A stretch of DNA of 64,000 nucleotides from Octopus vulgaris (GCA_951406725.2 OX597820.1:113274001-113338000), one strand, 5' to 3'; shown: positions 1 through 14,557, numbered from the stretch's first letter. Made by a program: numbers and translations. The notes: generated by a model not told the origin, from the sequence alone.

Positions 1-3000
1 TGACAAACGGTGAGTAAAGGTGAGAGTATTTGTCATGCTCGGTTTCTTTTTAATTATATCTTGTTTAATTATTGTGCATTTTATTGCTTACTTCTGCGTA
101 ACAAAACACTAACGAACGGATCAAGTATATTATTATTCGAAAGATGAAACGGGAGTTAACGGCAGACATAAGATCAAAAAAGCAATTTAAAAAGCACAGG
201 AAGCAGGTAGATGAGATGAATGTGCTGCGTTACCAGAACCCAGGAATCTCTTTGGGGATACATATGGAAGCAGTAGTAGTTTGACTATTAACAATGTTTA
301 ATTTAATAATTGCTTTATTCGAAATCGCATATAGTTTTGATGAAGAGACGTTCTTTTCCTATATTTTTCGTGTTTTGTTTAAATGTAACATTTGCTTGTA
401 TATGTGCGTAATTTTGAAGAATTTCTGTTCACCGATTCTCTTTATAAAATGTATATAGAATTGTTTTTAAACAGCATTAATCCTTTTAATAATATAATTA
501 TAATTTAGAAATATCGCTTATATTTATTCTTTCACGTTTTATCTTGAAAATATTATATTGGAATATACGAGAACAATGAGAATCTAAACACATTTAGTTG
601 ACGCCATAAACATTTTGAATTCGAATAACACCAAAAACTTGTTTATTTTTGTGTTCACAGGTCTTCAACACATTGGAGTGCATACTTTGTAGTTCAGGTG
701 CAAAGCTAAAAACATTAAAAAAATTATATTAAGCAATTCAGCAAAAATTAAATGAAAATCATTTGTTTGATTAGAAAACCCAAAAATAATGACTCGGGAA
801 AATGTTTCTTTATTGATTTGCTTTCAATACTAGGGAAAGAATGAATGAATTTAAAATCAATATCCTTTTAGATATCCGTTTGATAAAAGGTAGTTTAGAT
901 ACTTACTTAACAAAACGTATTCTACGTATTGGTTTAATATATATATATATATACACATAGAGAGAGAGAGAGACAGAGAGAGTACATTCAAACACAAAAG
1001 AGATACCCAAAGAATAAGATATCTGACTCACTAGAAAGAGCAGTTAAACTCCAAGTCACTAATTGTTGTAATTCCGAAAGTGATTGAAAAATAAAAACTT
1101 TTACCTTAATCCTAGACCCTGCAATGTTTCTGCAAACATAAATACAATATTTTTCTCTGAATAATGTATAGTCTATTGACTAATTTTTTCCCTTCTCGCT
1201 GGACCACTGGTAACTAAGAATCTTTTCGATAAATGTTCTTGCTACCCTAAAATTTTAATTCATGATATATATATATATACATATGTTATGCATATATTCG
1301 TTCCATGTATTTATAGTACCTTGAGCATATATCCATACCATACATCTTTCACCGTATGCATACATACTGATACAGTGACCTTTTTAGGTAGATCGTAGGC
1401 CAAATCTGTCCCCTTTTTTATGGGAAAATAAAGTTAAGGACATATTTTTTCTACCTTATGTGAATTCTTTGAGTTGAGTATTGGTAGTAGCCGAAGTGAA
1501 GCTTCGAATGGTAAAAAGCAAAAACTGGAAAGGAAAGAGATATCCAGCTGTTACGGAGGATATCAAAATTTATAAAATGTATCAGAGCGAAATACCTGAG
1601 TGTCGATGGCGTATCAGTGTCTTTTCAATGAGTCGCAAATGAAACTGATGCTAGTCTTGTGTCAGTGATTGTGAGAATCGCTGAAGGTGAAGATTGGAAT
1701 GGTGTTGACATTTCAGAAAGTAGAACTTGTTGCTGTGGTACCATTATTCAAAACCATATTATTCTAAGTAAAAACAGAAGTGGATGGAGAATTGAAAATA
1801 AATGAAATAGAATGTAAAGATACTGATATGGGATTGTGGACTTCATACAACAGAAGAAATGCATGAATAGTGGACCAATAAACAGAGTGATGATTGTAGA
1901 AATTCAGGTGCAGAATACAGCAAAAATAGGGCGGAAACTGGGGAAGGTTACGGTCGACATTACACAATGAAATTATTTGTTATTCAGTAGAATTCATTCA
2001 CTCCTGGGCTTAAAAACTGGAAAAAGGATCTTTCAGATTATTTGCCTATTACAAAACGAGTGTTCTGTTGTGTGTGTAACATATTACATGGTCAATGCCG
2101 TAGACAGCAGCAGATAAATGTTTTTATCGGTTGCATCGAACAATTGGTAAAAAGCCGAAGAAAATAGTTTCTTTGCATGAAAGTGCATAGATTTATCGAA
2201 TTCAATGTGTCCATTGACATCAAGAAGTGGTGGAGGTAATGGAGGATTTATTGATGTTATCCTGACAAAGTAAATGGGAAACGAATTTAATTAGCAGTAG
2301 TAGAGAAATGTGTTCAAGCGTGCAATGAACTGCATTGGTTTTATTGATAAGGGAGGCCACGAGTTATAGGGATCTAATCGAATAGTTGGATCACCTGTAA
2401 ATGATACCTATCTTGGAATTACAGAAATATTTTCAGAATAAGTTACATTCTTAACAGAGCATTCTTAGATGCCTGCAAATAAAGGAATTGGTCATATTTC
2501 TCATATGTTAGCAGAAATCTGGGGAAAATTCGTATGCATAATACTATCATTTGTTCGGAATGCGATTATTAATGGAATTACATCTAACATATATTTTCCA
2601 GTTTCACCAGGGCTTACCCTTGATATTGCATAAACACAGCAGCTGATCGTTATTTCGTCAATAAGCTAAACTATTATATTCTGTGCACATGTCGTTTATA
2701 TCTATGGACATGTACATTATTACATTAATGAATGTATATCAGTGAACATGGACACATTATATAAATGTGTGTATCACTGTACATGTGCATTATTTATACA
2801 TTATATTTGTTTAATTTCATTATAGATATGTTCCAACATCGAGGCCAGATGAACCATTTCTTTATGAGGAAGGCGAGTCATAAAACTAGTCAGTAGATTT
2901 CGAATATAATTCCAGACTTTCTGGTAAAATATAGACCTGATATTTCAAAGGAAAATTCTACAGAGAAGAGTTATACGATACCTTGATGCTGAAAGATGCT

Positions 3001-3274
3001 GTATTAGGATGACAGCTGTGGTCAGTCTGCATCTTTACTGATCCACTGCCGAGCGAGAGGCCTTCTCTTGATGGTTCAGCTTCATTTTCACTGTTACAAC
3101 AAAAGTTTCTTCAGAAACTCTTGTCTCTCATAAACTGGGGTAAGGCAACGTTCGTCACCATCGTCATCACCACTATTGTTTCTCGACATCTGAAAGTTTC
3201 AAGCAACGTTCTATTGCATCATTTGTTGCACATGAGTGCTGGTGGGGTGCTGTATGCTTTATTATTATTATTAT

Positions 3275-4628
3275 TCTATGTTTGACTTTTGCTTTATATT
3301 TGTACAAGTTGGCTCCAAGTCTCACCCAGAGACCTCAAGAGACAACAGGGTTGGAGGTTCATGTTGTTGTTATGCCTAGTGTGCCATATATTTGGGGGGT
3401 GGGGGTGTTGTACTAATGATTGTCTAAAAAAAAAAAAAATTTTTTTTTTTTTTTTTAAACCGAAAATTATGTTTGTTTTAAACCTTGAGATTACATAGAA
3501 AGTATTTTGCGTAGGATATGAGCAGTTCCCAAGAGCACAATCTTTTGAATTTCTGCCATTTTTGGGTTTCCTGGTATCTGAGTTAGGTAGCTATCTGCCC
3601 CTTTTGCTATCATTCCCAGGGCACCTATGACAACAGGTATTGTTTTAGTCTTCAGCTTCCACATTTTGCTGATTTCTATTTCAAGATCTTTATATTTGCT
3701 CAGTTTTTGGTAGGTCTTGACAGATACGTTTATATCGATTGGGACAGTCAAATCAATGAGGAGGCATGTTCTTTGTTTGAAGTCTTTCAATATGATGTCT
3801 GGCCTATTTGCATCTATCTTTCTGTCAGTTTGAATGGCGAAGTTCCAGAGGAGTGAGATGTGGTCATTTTGAAGCACTGGGGGTGGTTTGTGTTCCCACC
3901 AGTTTTTTTCATGGGGCAAATCCAGGTTTTTACAGATTACCCAGTGAATATATTGTGCAGCTCTATCGTGCCTGTTGAGATATTCTGTAGGCGCTAGAAG
4001 ACTGCACTTGGAGACCACATGGTCAATGGTTTCATTTTGTTGCTTGCATACACGACACGTTGGACTGCTTCTGATCTTTAATATGTTGGCCTGGTAGTTT
4101 CTTGTTGGTAGGCATTGATCTTGAGCTGCTATGATAAACCCCTCTGTTTCAGATTTTAAGCCAGAGGCCATTAGCCATTGATGGGTCAGGGCTTTGTCAA
4201 CATCTGCATTATTTGCTCTCTTTGGGTATTTGCCATAGAGAGGTTTTTCTTGCCATTTATCATTCAGAATATCTAAGGCCGCAGATTTAGCACGGGTTTT
4301 CATGCGCTTAGCTTTTTCTGTGCCTGTTTCTTGTATGTCTATCTCTAATTCCGAAATTTGTTGTATTCGGAATTCACTTAGATATTCCTTTGCCTGCTTT
4401 GTTACTGAGTATGATGCTTTCTTGTTTTCATGTTTTGAGACAAGTTTTAACATCCAGTCCTCAGAGTTTTTCAGGTAAGTGTCTAGGCCAATTGTAGCAA
4501 TCTTCATTGTTATTGCCAGTTGTAAAAGTCCACGGCCTCCCTCTTTTCTTGGCAGATAAAGTCGTTCTGTATCTGCCTTAGGGTGGTGCATTCTATGCAT
4601 TGTCAACAGTTTTCGTATTTTTCTGTCA

Positions 4629-4630
<2 letters not shown>
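3275..4630 (-). mobile_element. R4/Dong-clade non-LTR retrotransposon, family A, 5'-truncated (RT thumb + CCHC + RLE endonuclease + 3' UTR)
   Basis: ORF 3491-4606: HPKADTERLYLPRKEGGRGL, AAQDQ, CRVCKQQNETIDHVVSKC zinc knuckle, RHD, RPDII..D, KLSKYKDL; (TTA)n on both sides. Confidence 0.9.
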
Positions 4631-4687
<57 letters not shown>

Positions 4688-4699
4688 TATTATTATTAC

Positions 4700-4787
<88 letters not shown>
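4631..4787. repeat. (TTA)n microsatellite; further tracts at ~7035-7255, 7726-8142, 9160-9335, 12088-12273, 12595-12620
   Basis: Read directly. Confidence 0.97.
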
Positions 4788-4789
<2 letters not shown>

Positions 4790-4950
4790 GGCGGCGAGCT
4801 GGCAGAATTGTTAGCACGCCGGACAAAATGCTTAGCAGTATTTCGCTCATCTGCACGTTCTGAGTTCAAATTCCGCCGAAGTCGACTTTGTTTTTCATCC
4901 TTTCGGGGTCGATAAAATAAGTAGCAGTTGAGCACTGGGGTCGATGTAAA
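4788..4950 (+). mobile_element. tRNA-derived SINE (AAGGCGGCGAGCTGGCAGAA family)
   Basis: A-box-like TGGCAGAATTG and B-box GAGTTCAAATTCC; related copies at ~32610, 42855, 47700, 52312, 56850(-). Confidence 0.8.
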
Positions 4951-6690
4951 CCAAGAATGAGGCACCATATCATATGCCTTCTTAAAGTCAATCCAAGCCA
5001 TAGACATGTTTGTAAGATGTTTTTTACAATGCTTCAAAACTGTTTTAACGATGACCAGGTGGTGCTTGGTACCCTGGGAACTCTTCCTACATCTTTTTTG
5101 TTCACTTGATAGTATTTCTCCCTGGGCCAGGAAAGTATATATCTTTGCTGCACGTATTCCAGTGAGTATCTTCCAGATTATGTCTAGGCATGCTATGGGA
5201 CGGTAGTTTCCCCACAATATTCCCTTTTCTTCTATCTTTCATTACAAGTGTTGTCCTCCTAGTCAACATCCACGCGGGGACTTTACCTTTCTGGACACAT
5301 TCAATTGGGCTGCTAGTCTTTCATGCACCGCGTGGCATCTCTTCAGCCAGAAGCTATGAATCCCATCTAGTCCGGGGGCTTTTCAGTTAGTCACTTTACC
5401 CACTTGTTCTTTCACATCATCCTCGCTTATGACAATATTCCTTTGTTTCTTTCCTCCTTGTAATTCTGTCTTGATCGTTCCTATCCACATTGCATCTCTT
5501 TTATGCACCACATTGTTTCCCCATAATCCGTTCCAGAACTCCTTGGCTTGATTCGCATCAGGAGCAACATTTTCCCCATTGTCTTCTTCTAACGTTCGGA
5601 AGCATTGCTTCGGGTTATTCTTGAACAATCTGTTTTCCTCAAACTGATTCTTTCTGTTCACAAATCTGATCTTCTGGCTTTTTGCCATGATCTTCTGTTT
5701 TAATTACTCTATTACTGCATTAAATACGTTCTTCCATATTTTATGTTTCTTCTCTAATTTTTCTCAGTCGGTCTTTTCCCCATTTTCCCAGTTTCCTCTT
5801 AACCATTGCTCACTTTTTCCTAGATCTTGCCTTGCCCGCATTATGTCTCTTTCAACAATGGTTCTTTTGCTCCATCATTTTTTGTTGTATTTAGTTGTAA
5901 TTTCTCCTCAACAAATAGCGCAATAGCTCGGAGAAGATTCCTTGTTTGTGTTATGTCCTCTGCCTGGATGTATGGTACGACAGTATTTTTCTTTTGTTTT
6001 ACTTTATTTATCATACTCCCATCTACCCTTTTCATATTCTTGGGTATTTTTTTTCTGGAGCATTCATCAAGTTGCTGAGTCGTCTTTGAATTTCAAGCAG
6101 TTCATTAGGTAGTTGCTTCCTTTCCCCTGCATGTCCAACCACCACAGTATAATGTTCCTGTTACTCATCCTTAACACTCCCATCACCATCCCCCTGGTCC
6201 TTCTGTCTGCTCTTCTCCCTGCTTTCAACTTCTACCTCTCTGTTTTCAACTCCGACCATCCTTTGTAGCTCATCCGCAGGGTCTCTCAGACTCTCACTAA
6301 TCCGAGATATTTCTACTCCAGTTAAGTAACCCTTCCTCCTAATCATTAGTTTATTTTCTGACATTCGACATATGTTCTTTTCCATCCAAAATGTCAAGGT
6401 ACGTCGGTCTACTCTGCGACTTCTTTCCAGTTTTGCTCTTTCATGACTTTCAATAAGTGTATCGTACTCTTCCTTCGCCCACTTATGTCTGTTCTTACGC
6501 ACACCGTGTATGTGATCTGTTGTAACATAACGACCGTCCGAGGCCAGATCACTGCTCCTGATGCGGGCGGTTTTTGATGTGCCCAGCGGTAAACCTTCAC
6601 CATAATCGGCTATAGCTTCATTCTCATCGTTAATTCTTTCCTTGTTGTGTTGCATCATGATTTCACGAGTCGTTCGTAGGGTTCCCACGA
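4951..6690 (-). mobile_element. Degenerate R4/Dong-type element, family C (N-terminus and first half of RT; broken at the SINE)
   Basis: Frameshifted pieces: NRLFKNNPKQ..FWNGLW, NYRPIACL, EQKRCRK, WIDFKKAYDMVPHSW. Confidence 0.8.
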
Positions 6691-6755
6691 GAGTTGTTAT
6701 TGAAATTCCATCTCTTTCTTCTTCTCTTTATTTGTATATACAACTGCACATGTAT

Positions 6756-6804
<49 letters not shown>

Positions 6805-6843
6805 GCGTGCATGCATTGTGTCACCTCCATTACCACCATCGTT

Positions 6844-7160
<317 letters not shown>

Positions 7161-7255
7161 CATTATTACTATTATTACTATTATTATTATTATTATTATT
7201 ATTGTTGTTATTATTATTATTATTATTATTATTGTTATTATTATTATTATTATTG

Positions 7256-7725
7256 AGTGAGCGAGCAGAGCATGCCATCAAAGTGCCACTGGGGTAAAAT
7301 ATACGAAGCCCAGTATACCCATCATGACTACCCGTCTGATAAGGGTACACCAGGCACATGCATCACAACCATATGTGCGCGACATGGTGATCTCATATCA
7401 AGATAAACAGCACATGACCTTGCAGGTGGAGCCCAGTTAGAATTTTCTTCAGATCGAGTAACCCATCCCGCTCAAAAGGTCCCTGAATAAGGGTTGTTTA
7501 AGGATGTTGAACGAAACACCCATGTTTCCAGAGGTGAATTATTCAAACCCGAAAGAATCCGAAAGCTATGATGCTCCCCCACTACTTCTGCTCGTGATCA
7601 GAGATGCACATATCGTCAGCCACTAGGGGACATGCTCAACTGGCTAAGGTCAAACAACTGACAAGCAAATCTGTGGTATTGAGCAGAATATTTGCTGCAG
7701 CCCATCTTTTATACCAAGACAAACA
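7256..7725. mobile_element. ~470-bp non-coding insert between (TTA)n tracts
   Basis: Complex, more GC-rich sequence with sharp (TTA)n boundaries and no convincing ORF. Confidence 0.45.
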
Positions 7726-7731
7726 TTATTA

Positions 7732-7810
<79 letters not shown>

Positions 7811-7840
7811 TATTATTACTATTACTATTATTATTATTAC

Positions 7841-7915
<75 letters not shown>

Positions 7916-7933
7916 TATTATTATTACTATTAC

Positions 7934-7972
<39 letters not shown>

Positions 7973-7973
7973 G

Positions 7974-8017
<44 letters not shown>

Positions 8018-8142
8018 GATTATCATTATTATTATTATTACTATTATTATTATTATTATTTATTATTATTATTATTATTACTATTATTATTATTATTATT
8101 ATTACTATTATTATTATTATTACTATTACTATTATTATTATT

Positions 8143-9160
8143 CTATGTTTGACTTTTGCTTTATGTCTGTACAAGTTGGCTCCAAGTCTCACCCAGAGAC
8201 CTCAAGAGACAACAGGTTGGAAGTTCTGTGCCATATATTGGGGGGGGGGGGTGTTGTACTAGTGAATGTCTAATACATAAAAAAAGATATATATATATAT
8301 AAAAAATAAATAAATAAATACAAAAATAAAAAAATTAAAAATTAAAAAATTAAAAAATTAAAAAAATTAAAAATTAAAATTAAAATTAAAAAAAGTTTGT
8401 TTTGGGATTACATAGAGAGTATTTTGCGTAGGATATGAGCAGTTCCCATGAGCACTATCTTTTTCATTTCTGCCATTTTGGGGTTTCCTGGTATCTGAGT
8501 TAGGTAGCAATCAGCCCCATTTCGCTATCATTCCCAGGGCACCTATGACAACAGGTATTGTTTTAGTCTTCAGCTTCCACATTTTGCTGATTTCTATTTC
8601 AAGATCTTTATATTTGCTCAGTTTTTGGTAGGTCTTGACAGATACGTTTATATCGATTGGGACAGTCATATCAATGAGGAGGCATGTTCTTTGTCTGAAG
8701 TCTTTCAATATGATGTCTGGCCTATTTGCATCTATCTTCCTGTCAGTTTGAATGGTGAAGTTCCAGAGGAGTGAGATGTGGTCATTTTGAAGCACTGGAG
8801 GTGGATTGTGTTCCCACCAGTTTTTTTCATGGGGCAAATCCAGGTTTTTGCAAATTACCCAGTGAATATATTGTGCAGCTCTATCATGCCTATTGAGGTA
8901 CTCTGTAGGCGCTAGAAGACTGCATTTGGAGACAACATGATCAATGGTTTCATTTTGTTGTCGGCATACACGACATGTTGGGCTACTGCCGTTCTTTAAT
9001 ATGTTGGCCTGGTAGTTTCTTGTTGTTAGGCATTGATCTTGAGCTGCTATGATAAACCCCTCTGTTTCAGATTTTAAGCCAGAGGCCATTAGCCATTGAT
9101 GGGTCAGGGCTTTGTCGATATCTGCATTATTCGCTCTCTTTGGGTATTTGCCATAGAGAT
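8143..9160 (-). mobile_element. Second, shorter 5'-truncated copy of Dong family A
   Basis: ORF 8511-9089 nearly identical to the C-terminus of 3491-4606; frameshift near 8520; same 3' end (ctatgtttgacttttgcttta); (TTA)n flanks. Confidence 0.9.
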
Positions 9161-9257
9161 ATTATTATTATTATTATTACTATTACTATTATTATTATTA
9201 TTGTTATTATTATTGTTACTATTATTATTACTATTATTATTATTATTACTATTAATA

Positions 9258-9336
<79 letters not shown>

Positions 9337-9338
<2 letters not shown>

Positions 9339-12087
9339 TAGTTTTATTTTTATAGCGTGCTTTCACTTTACTACCGAGCGCAGCTCTGTGTGCCTTAGGT
9401 ATGTGTTGTGATTTGTTGTGATGCTCTGATGGTTATTGTATAGAAAGTGTTCTGCGTAGGATGTGTGCAGTGCCTAGTAGTACAATTTTCTGTATGTTAT
9501 ATGTGTTTGTAAGTCCTGGTGCTTTTGTTATGTATTTGTCTGAATATTTTTTATCATGCCTAATGCACCTACTATGATAGGAATTGTTTCTGTTTTCAGA
9601 TTCCACATTCTGGTTACCTCTATTTCCAGGTCTTTGTATTTTGAGAGTTTCTCCATTTCTTTTAGAGACACGTTGTCATCTGCCGGTATTGATACATCAA
9701 TTAGAAAGCATTTTTTTTCTTCATGATCTCTGACAACTATATCTGGCCTGTTGGCCTTAATTTCTCTATCTGTGTGTATCGGCATATCCCAGAGTATGGT
9801 TGCTTTCACGTTTTCTGTGACCTTTTCTGGTGTGTGCCTATACCATCTTTTTTCTGTTGTTATTCCATAATGTTGGCATAGCTTCCAATGTATGTAGGTT
9901 CCAACTTTGTCATGTCTGTGAATATATTCCTTCTTAGCCAGGACTGGGCAGCTAGAGATAATATGATTTATTGTTTCTTGTCCATCTCCACATATTCTGC
10001 AGTTACTTGTTATATTTCTTTTCGTTACATGTTTTTGGTAATTTCTGGTGGGGAGGCTTTGGTCTTGTGCTGCAATTAAAAATCCCTCTATTTCTGCTTT
10101 GAGTCCTGAGATTCTCAACCATTGCTGGGATTTTTCTTTGTCTATTTATTTTGCGTTTAGTTTAGATCAGTATTTACCATGAAGGGGCTTTTCTTGCCAT
10201 CGTTTTATCATGGTTCGTTGCTGTTCTATTTTTAGTTTGGATTTCAATTGTTTTATAGCTTTTGTTGTTTCTTCATCATCTTCTTCTTCTTCTTGATATT
10301 TATTAGGTGGTATGATTTCTTGTTTGTATTTGTCAGCTTCCTTAAATACTGAGAACAGTTTTTGTTTTGCTCGTGCTTTGCCGCTATTTGTATCAGTTTT
10401 CCTTCTGAAGTAGATATTTTTGCAGTCCTATGGTGGTTATTTTATAGTAGTTTTCCAGTTGTATAAGGCCTCTACCACCTTCTATACGTTGTATATATAG
10501 TCTTTCTATGTCAGATTTTGGGTGATGCATCCTAGATCCTGTCATTATTTTTCTTGTTTTCCTATCTATTTTGGTCAGTTCATTTCGTGTCCAGTTAAGG
10601 ATATTGTAGCTGTAGCTTATAACTGGGACAGCTAAAATGTTAATACCTATTATCTTGTTTTTAGCATTGAGCTCTGTTTTTAGTATTGATCTAACTCGTC
10701 TATAATATTCTTTTTTTATTTTCTCTTTCATTTGTGTGTGTTGTGTCTTATCTAGTTCATGGATTCTTAAGTATTTGTAAGTTTGGCTTTGGTCTAATTC
10801 TTTTATTTCATTGGTTTTATCTAGTGTGATGTTGCTACTCTTAACTAGTTTTCCTCTTTTCAGGGTTACTTTGGCGCATTTTTCTAATCCAAATTTCATA
10901 TCTATTTCTTTGGTAAATCCATGAACTGTCTTTAATAGTGTTTCCAGCTGTTTGTCATTTGCAGCGTATAGTTTTAGGTCATCCATATCTAAAAGGTGAC
11001 TGATCGTTTTGTCATAACATTTATATCCGCATCCAGTTCTATTTAGTATATCAGATAGAGGTGACAGTGCCAAGCAGAAAAGGAGTGGAGAGAGCGTGTC
11101 TCCCTGGAATATTCCTCTTCTAATGGGGATGTCTTTGGTTTTCATGAGTCCCTCTTTCGTTTGGAGGTGTAGGACTGTTTGCCATTTATTCATAGAGTGC
11201 TCTATGAATTTTATGATTGTTGGTGCTACTTTGTTAATGGCTAGTGTTTCGAGGATCCATGTGTGGGGGATGCTATCAAACGCCTTTTTGTAGTCAATCC
11301 AGGCCATACTGAGGCCTTTCTTCTTTCTGTGGCTGTCTTCAGTTATGGCTTTATTAATCATTAGTTGATCTTTACAGCCATATGAGCCTTTGCGGCATCC
11401 TTTCTGCTCTTCTGGGAACAGTTTGTTTTCGTCCAGGTGCTTGTTCAACCTTTGCGATATCACTGCAGTAAATGCCTTGAACATTGTAGGGAGGCAGGTT
11501 ATTGGTCTGTAGTTTTCTGGTTTTGCTGTCTCATTTGATTTGGGAATTAAGATGGTTTTCTCCTTCGTGAGCAATTCAGGCATTGTCTCTGGCTCTGCTA
11601 GTATGTTGTTAAAGTTTTCAGCCAGCTTTTTGTGCATTCCTGTTAGATATTTCAACCAGAAGTTGGGGATCTTGTCATGCCCAGGTGCCTTCCAGTTGCT
11701 TAGTCTTTGCAGTGCCTGGGTGACCTCTTCAGTTGTTATGGCGTCCAAAGTTGTTCAGATGCCGAGTTTGATATTTTGATACTCCTTTTTTTTGGTTGTT
11801 CGTTCGCCGACCATATTTCTCTCCAGAATTCTTCCAATTCTTCTGCCGTTGGTGCTGCAGTGACTTCTATTTTATTTTTGCCAAGTTCTTGGTAGAACTT
11901 TTTGGGGATGGAGTTGAACTTTTTGTTTTGTTCAAAGAAGCGCTGGCGTTTCTCGTACCGGCGGATCCTTTGTGCTTTGGCAAGGATATCTTGCTTCAGC
12001 TTTTCTTTTATCTCAGGCAAATCTTTCTCTATTTGCGGAGTATTTTTGTTTTCTTTTTGTTGCTCAGTAGCGTTGATTGTTTGCTGA
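9337..12087 (-). mobile_element. R4/Dong-type element, family B, 5'-truncated, frameshifted RT + RLE
   Basis: WKAPGHD, YRPITCL, WIDYKKAFDSIPH, GIFQGDTLSPLLF, DMDD (probably YMDD mutated), CRIC..ETINHIISSC, RHD, RPDIV, KLSKYKDL. Confidence 0.92.
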
Positions 12088-12164
12088 TTATTATTATTAT
12101 TATGATTATTATTATTATTATTATTATTATTATTTTTTATTATTATTATTACTATTATTATTAC

Positions 12165-12276
<112 letters not shown>

Positions 12277-12277
12277 C

Positions 12278-12571
12278 ACTCAACAGATTAGAGTGTTGGA
12301 AAAGAAAACCCTAACAACAAGTAGCCTTAGGTGCCAAGAACCCTTTTAAGTTTCCTAGCTGTCCCTAATAACACTGTTTTCTGCATCTGTGCTAAACTGG
12401 CTATTATGCCTATTTCCTATTTCCATCTGTTCAGATCTTTAACGGTAGCTTCCAACATCCGTTTTCTACAGCCCCTTCTTTTAGGTCCACTTTCCAAGTC
12501 GCATTGTATCACTATCCTGTTTTCTTTGCTGGCCCACTTCCTCCTCCTGATGCTGTATTAGGATGACAACT

Positions 12572-12592
<21 letters not shown>
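12278..12592 (-). mobile_element. ~300-bp internally deleted Dong-type derivative
   Basis: Minus strand reads GPKRRGCRKRM (N-terminal-like) joined to MQKTVLLGTARKLKRVL (RLE C-terminus); (TTA)n flanks. Confidence 0.55.
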
Positions 12593-12618
<26 letters not shown>

Positions 12619-14189
12619 GTTGTTGTTGTTGTTGTTGTCGTTGTCATCGTCGTCGTTGTTGTTGTTGTTATCATTATTATTCGTGAGCCGTGTTTTCTAC
12701 TCCACATCAACTTGCTTCTTGCGTGTATTAACGAAACATGTTACTCACGTTGCAAAAACAATTTGTCCAGTGGAGAGAAGTACTTGATGATGGTTGTCAG
12801 GACAGAGATGTGGAAAATATAGACAAAATTTTTGAGATTCGTTGAGCAACTTAAAGAATTTGTAACATTGGAGATGAATTTTTTTTTATTTCAGATGCTA
12901 GTCTTACGTGATCGAAATTTTGTAGCCAATACTATTGTTGACTTGATGCAATCGCTATGAGACAGTGCAGAATAAAGGAAACCAGCTTGATACATGTTGG
13001 GGAAATAGTTTCAAGAAAGTTGACCATATTGATTGTAGAGAAGAAGAAGAAAGAGCAGAGTTAAGGAAAAGAACAGGAAATGCGTTGCTAGAGTTGCACC
13101 TGAGGCTGTTCTCATATCAATAAAAAAAAATTCAAAGTAGCTACTTAGTGACCTAGGATTATTTGCATACTGAAACCAATCATTCTTTAGAAACAGGTAA
13201 GTCGGTTAACAACTTTTGAATTTTAGAGAAAGCTGAAGAGACAGCAAAAACTTTTACCGAAAATTATTCAGATTTTGTTAATTTTCTCAGACAAAATCAT
13301 AATTGGAAACAGGTGAGTTTCATAAGTGAAAATAGGTAAAGGACACCATGACGTATCTCGTTGTTACTCGTCTTGAATTCAGACATTTCGAGATGTATAG
13401 ATTTTTCAGATATTTATTTGAAAATAATAGCTGAAACTTGTGCAGGTGAGTGAGGTTTTACCAAAGCAAGTGTTGTCAAAAATTGATTGGGTTTTAGGAT
13501 AGGTTTTAAGAGTGACAATCTTTGTCGGTCAATTTCGATGTGACTACTGACAAATTTACGGCAAAGGATGTTCACACAGAGATCAATATAAAATTAAGTA
13601 TTTGCTTAATGCCGTGGCCTAAATATGTATTTACACATGTGATATGTGAACTGTAGTGTAACTATTTTGTAGTTATACCTTTTAATAAAGTATTTTTTTG
13701 TTTGGAAAATAATATTTTTCCATAATGTAATTTTGTCATATTTTGATAAGAGTGGAGATCCATTTGTTCGGTATAGCATCCGGGCCAATGAGTACTGGTG
13801 ATGGTGGTGCTGGCAGGACATAGACTAATATTTTTAAAGAATTCTCACGTAAGAACTATACCCTAACAAGGAGAGAACCTTGTCAGATTAGCGAATAGAG
13901 GCACTGCAAGATGTCTGCATAGATTTGAAGATTGTGATCCGATATGCGCAGTTTTCAGCGATATTTCCCTATTGTGAAGACAGTGGATGGTGTACTTGAA
14001 GACTCTCTCGAGTCTAGCGTGACTTTCACCAGGGAAGGAGAACTGCTGGGAAAAGTGGATAACACAGCAGCAAAAAGATGGCAGAAGCGAGAGGCTGTGC
14101 TAGAGGCTGTGCTAGAGGAAAATCGCGGGCTTTGGGCACTCTGATTTGCGAAGGTTGTGAGTACATGCTAAATTTTTTTCGCTACTCTC

Positions 14190-14225
14190 TTTGCAGTAGT
14201 AGTAGTAGTAGTGGTGGTGGTGGTG

Positions 14226-14269
<44 letters not shown>

Positions 14270-14466
14270 TGTAGTAGTAGTAGTAGTAGTTGTAGTATTT
14301 GTTGTTGTTGTTGTTGTAACAACAGCAGCAGCAGAAGTCGCTGGCCAGTTATTTCTATGAATTATAACACTATAAAGCCAGTCAAAATCAAAGTACCATT
14401 TCCAAGTAAGACAGCTTAGAGTAGTGGTGGTGGCGATAATAATAGCAGCATTATTATTATTAGTAT

Positions 14467-14525
<59 letters not shown>

Positions 14526-14557
14526 TAGTGGTGGTGGTGGTGGTGGTGGTGGTGGTG

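Noticed and set aside
1-720. Possible host exons (GTGAGT at 10, pyrimidine-rich CACAG acceptor at ~660)
   Set aside because: No sustained ORF or recognisable protein; splice-like words alone are insufficient
1500-2620. Possible decayed DNA-transposase (Sola-like) remnant
   Set aside because: Only faint motifs (YLP..RVF, DIKKWW); no frame or TIRs could be established
12700-13600. Possible hAT (Buster-like) transposase relic
   Set aside because: Scattered weak motifs only; too degraded to call without an HMM search
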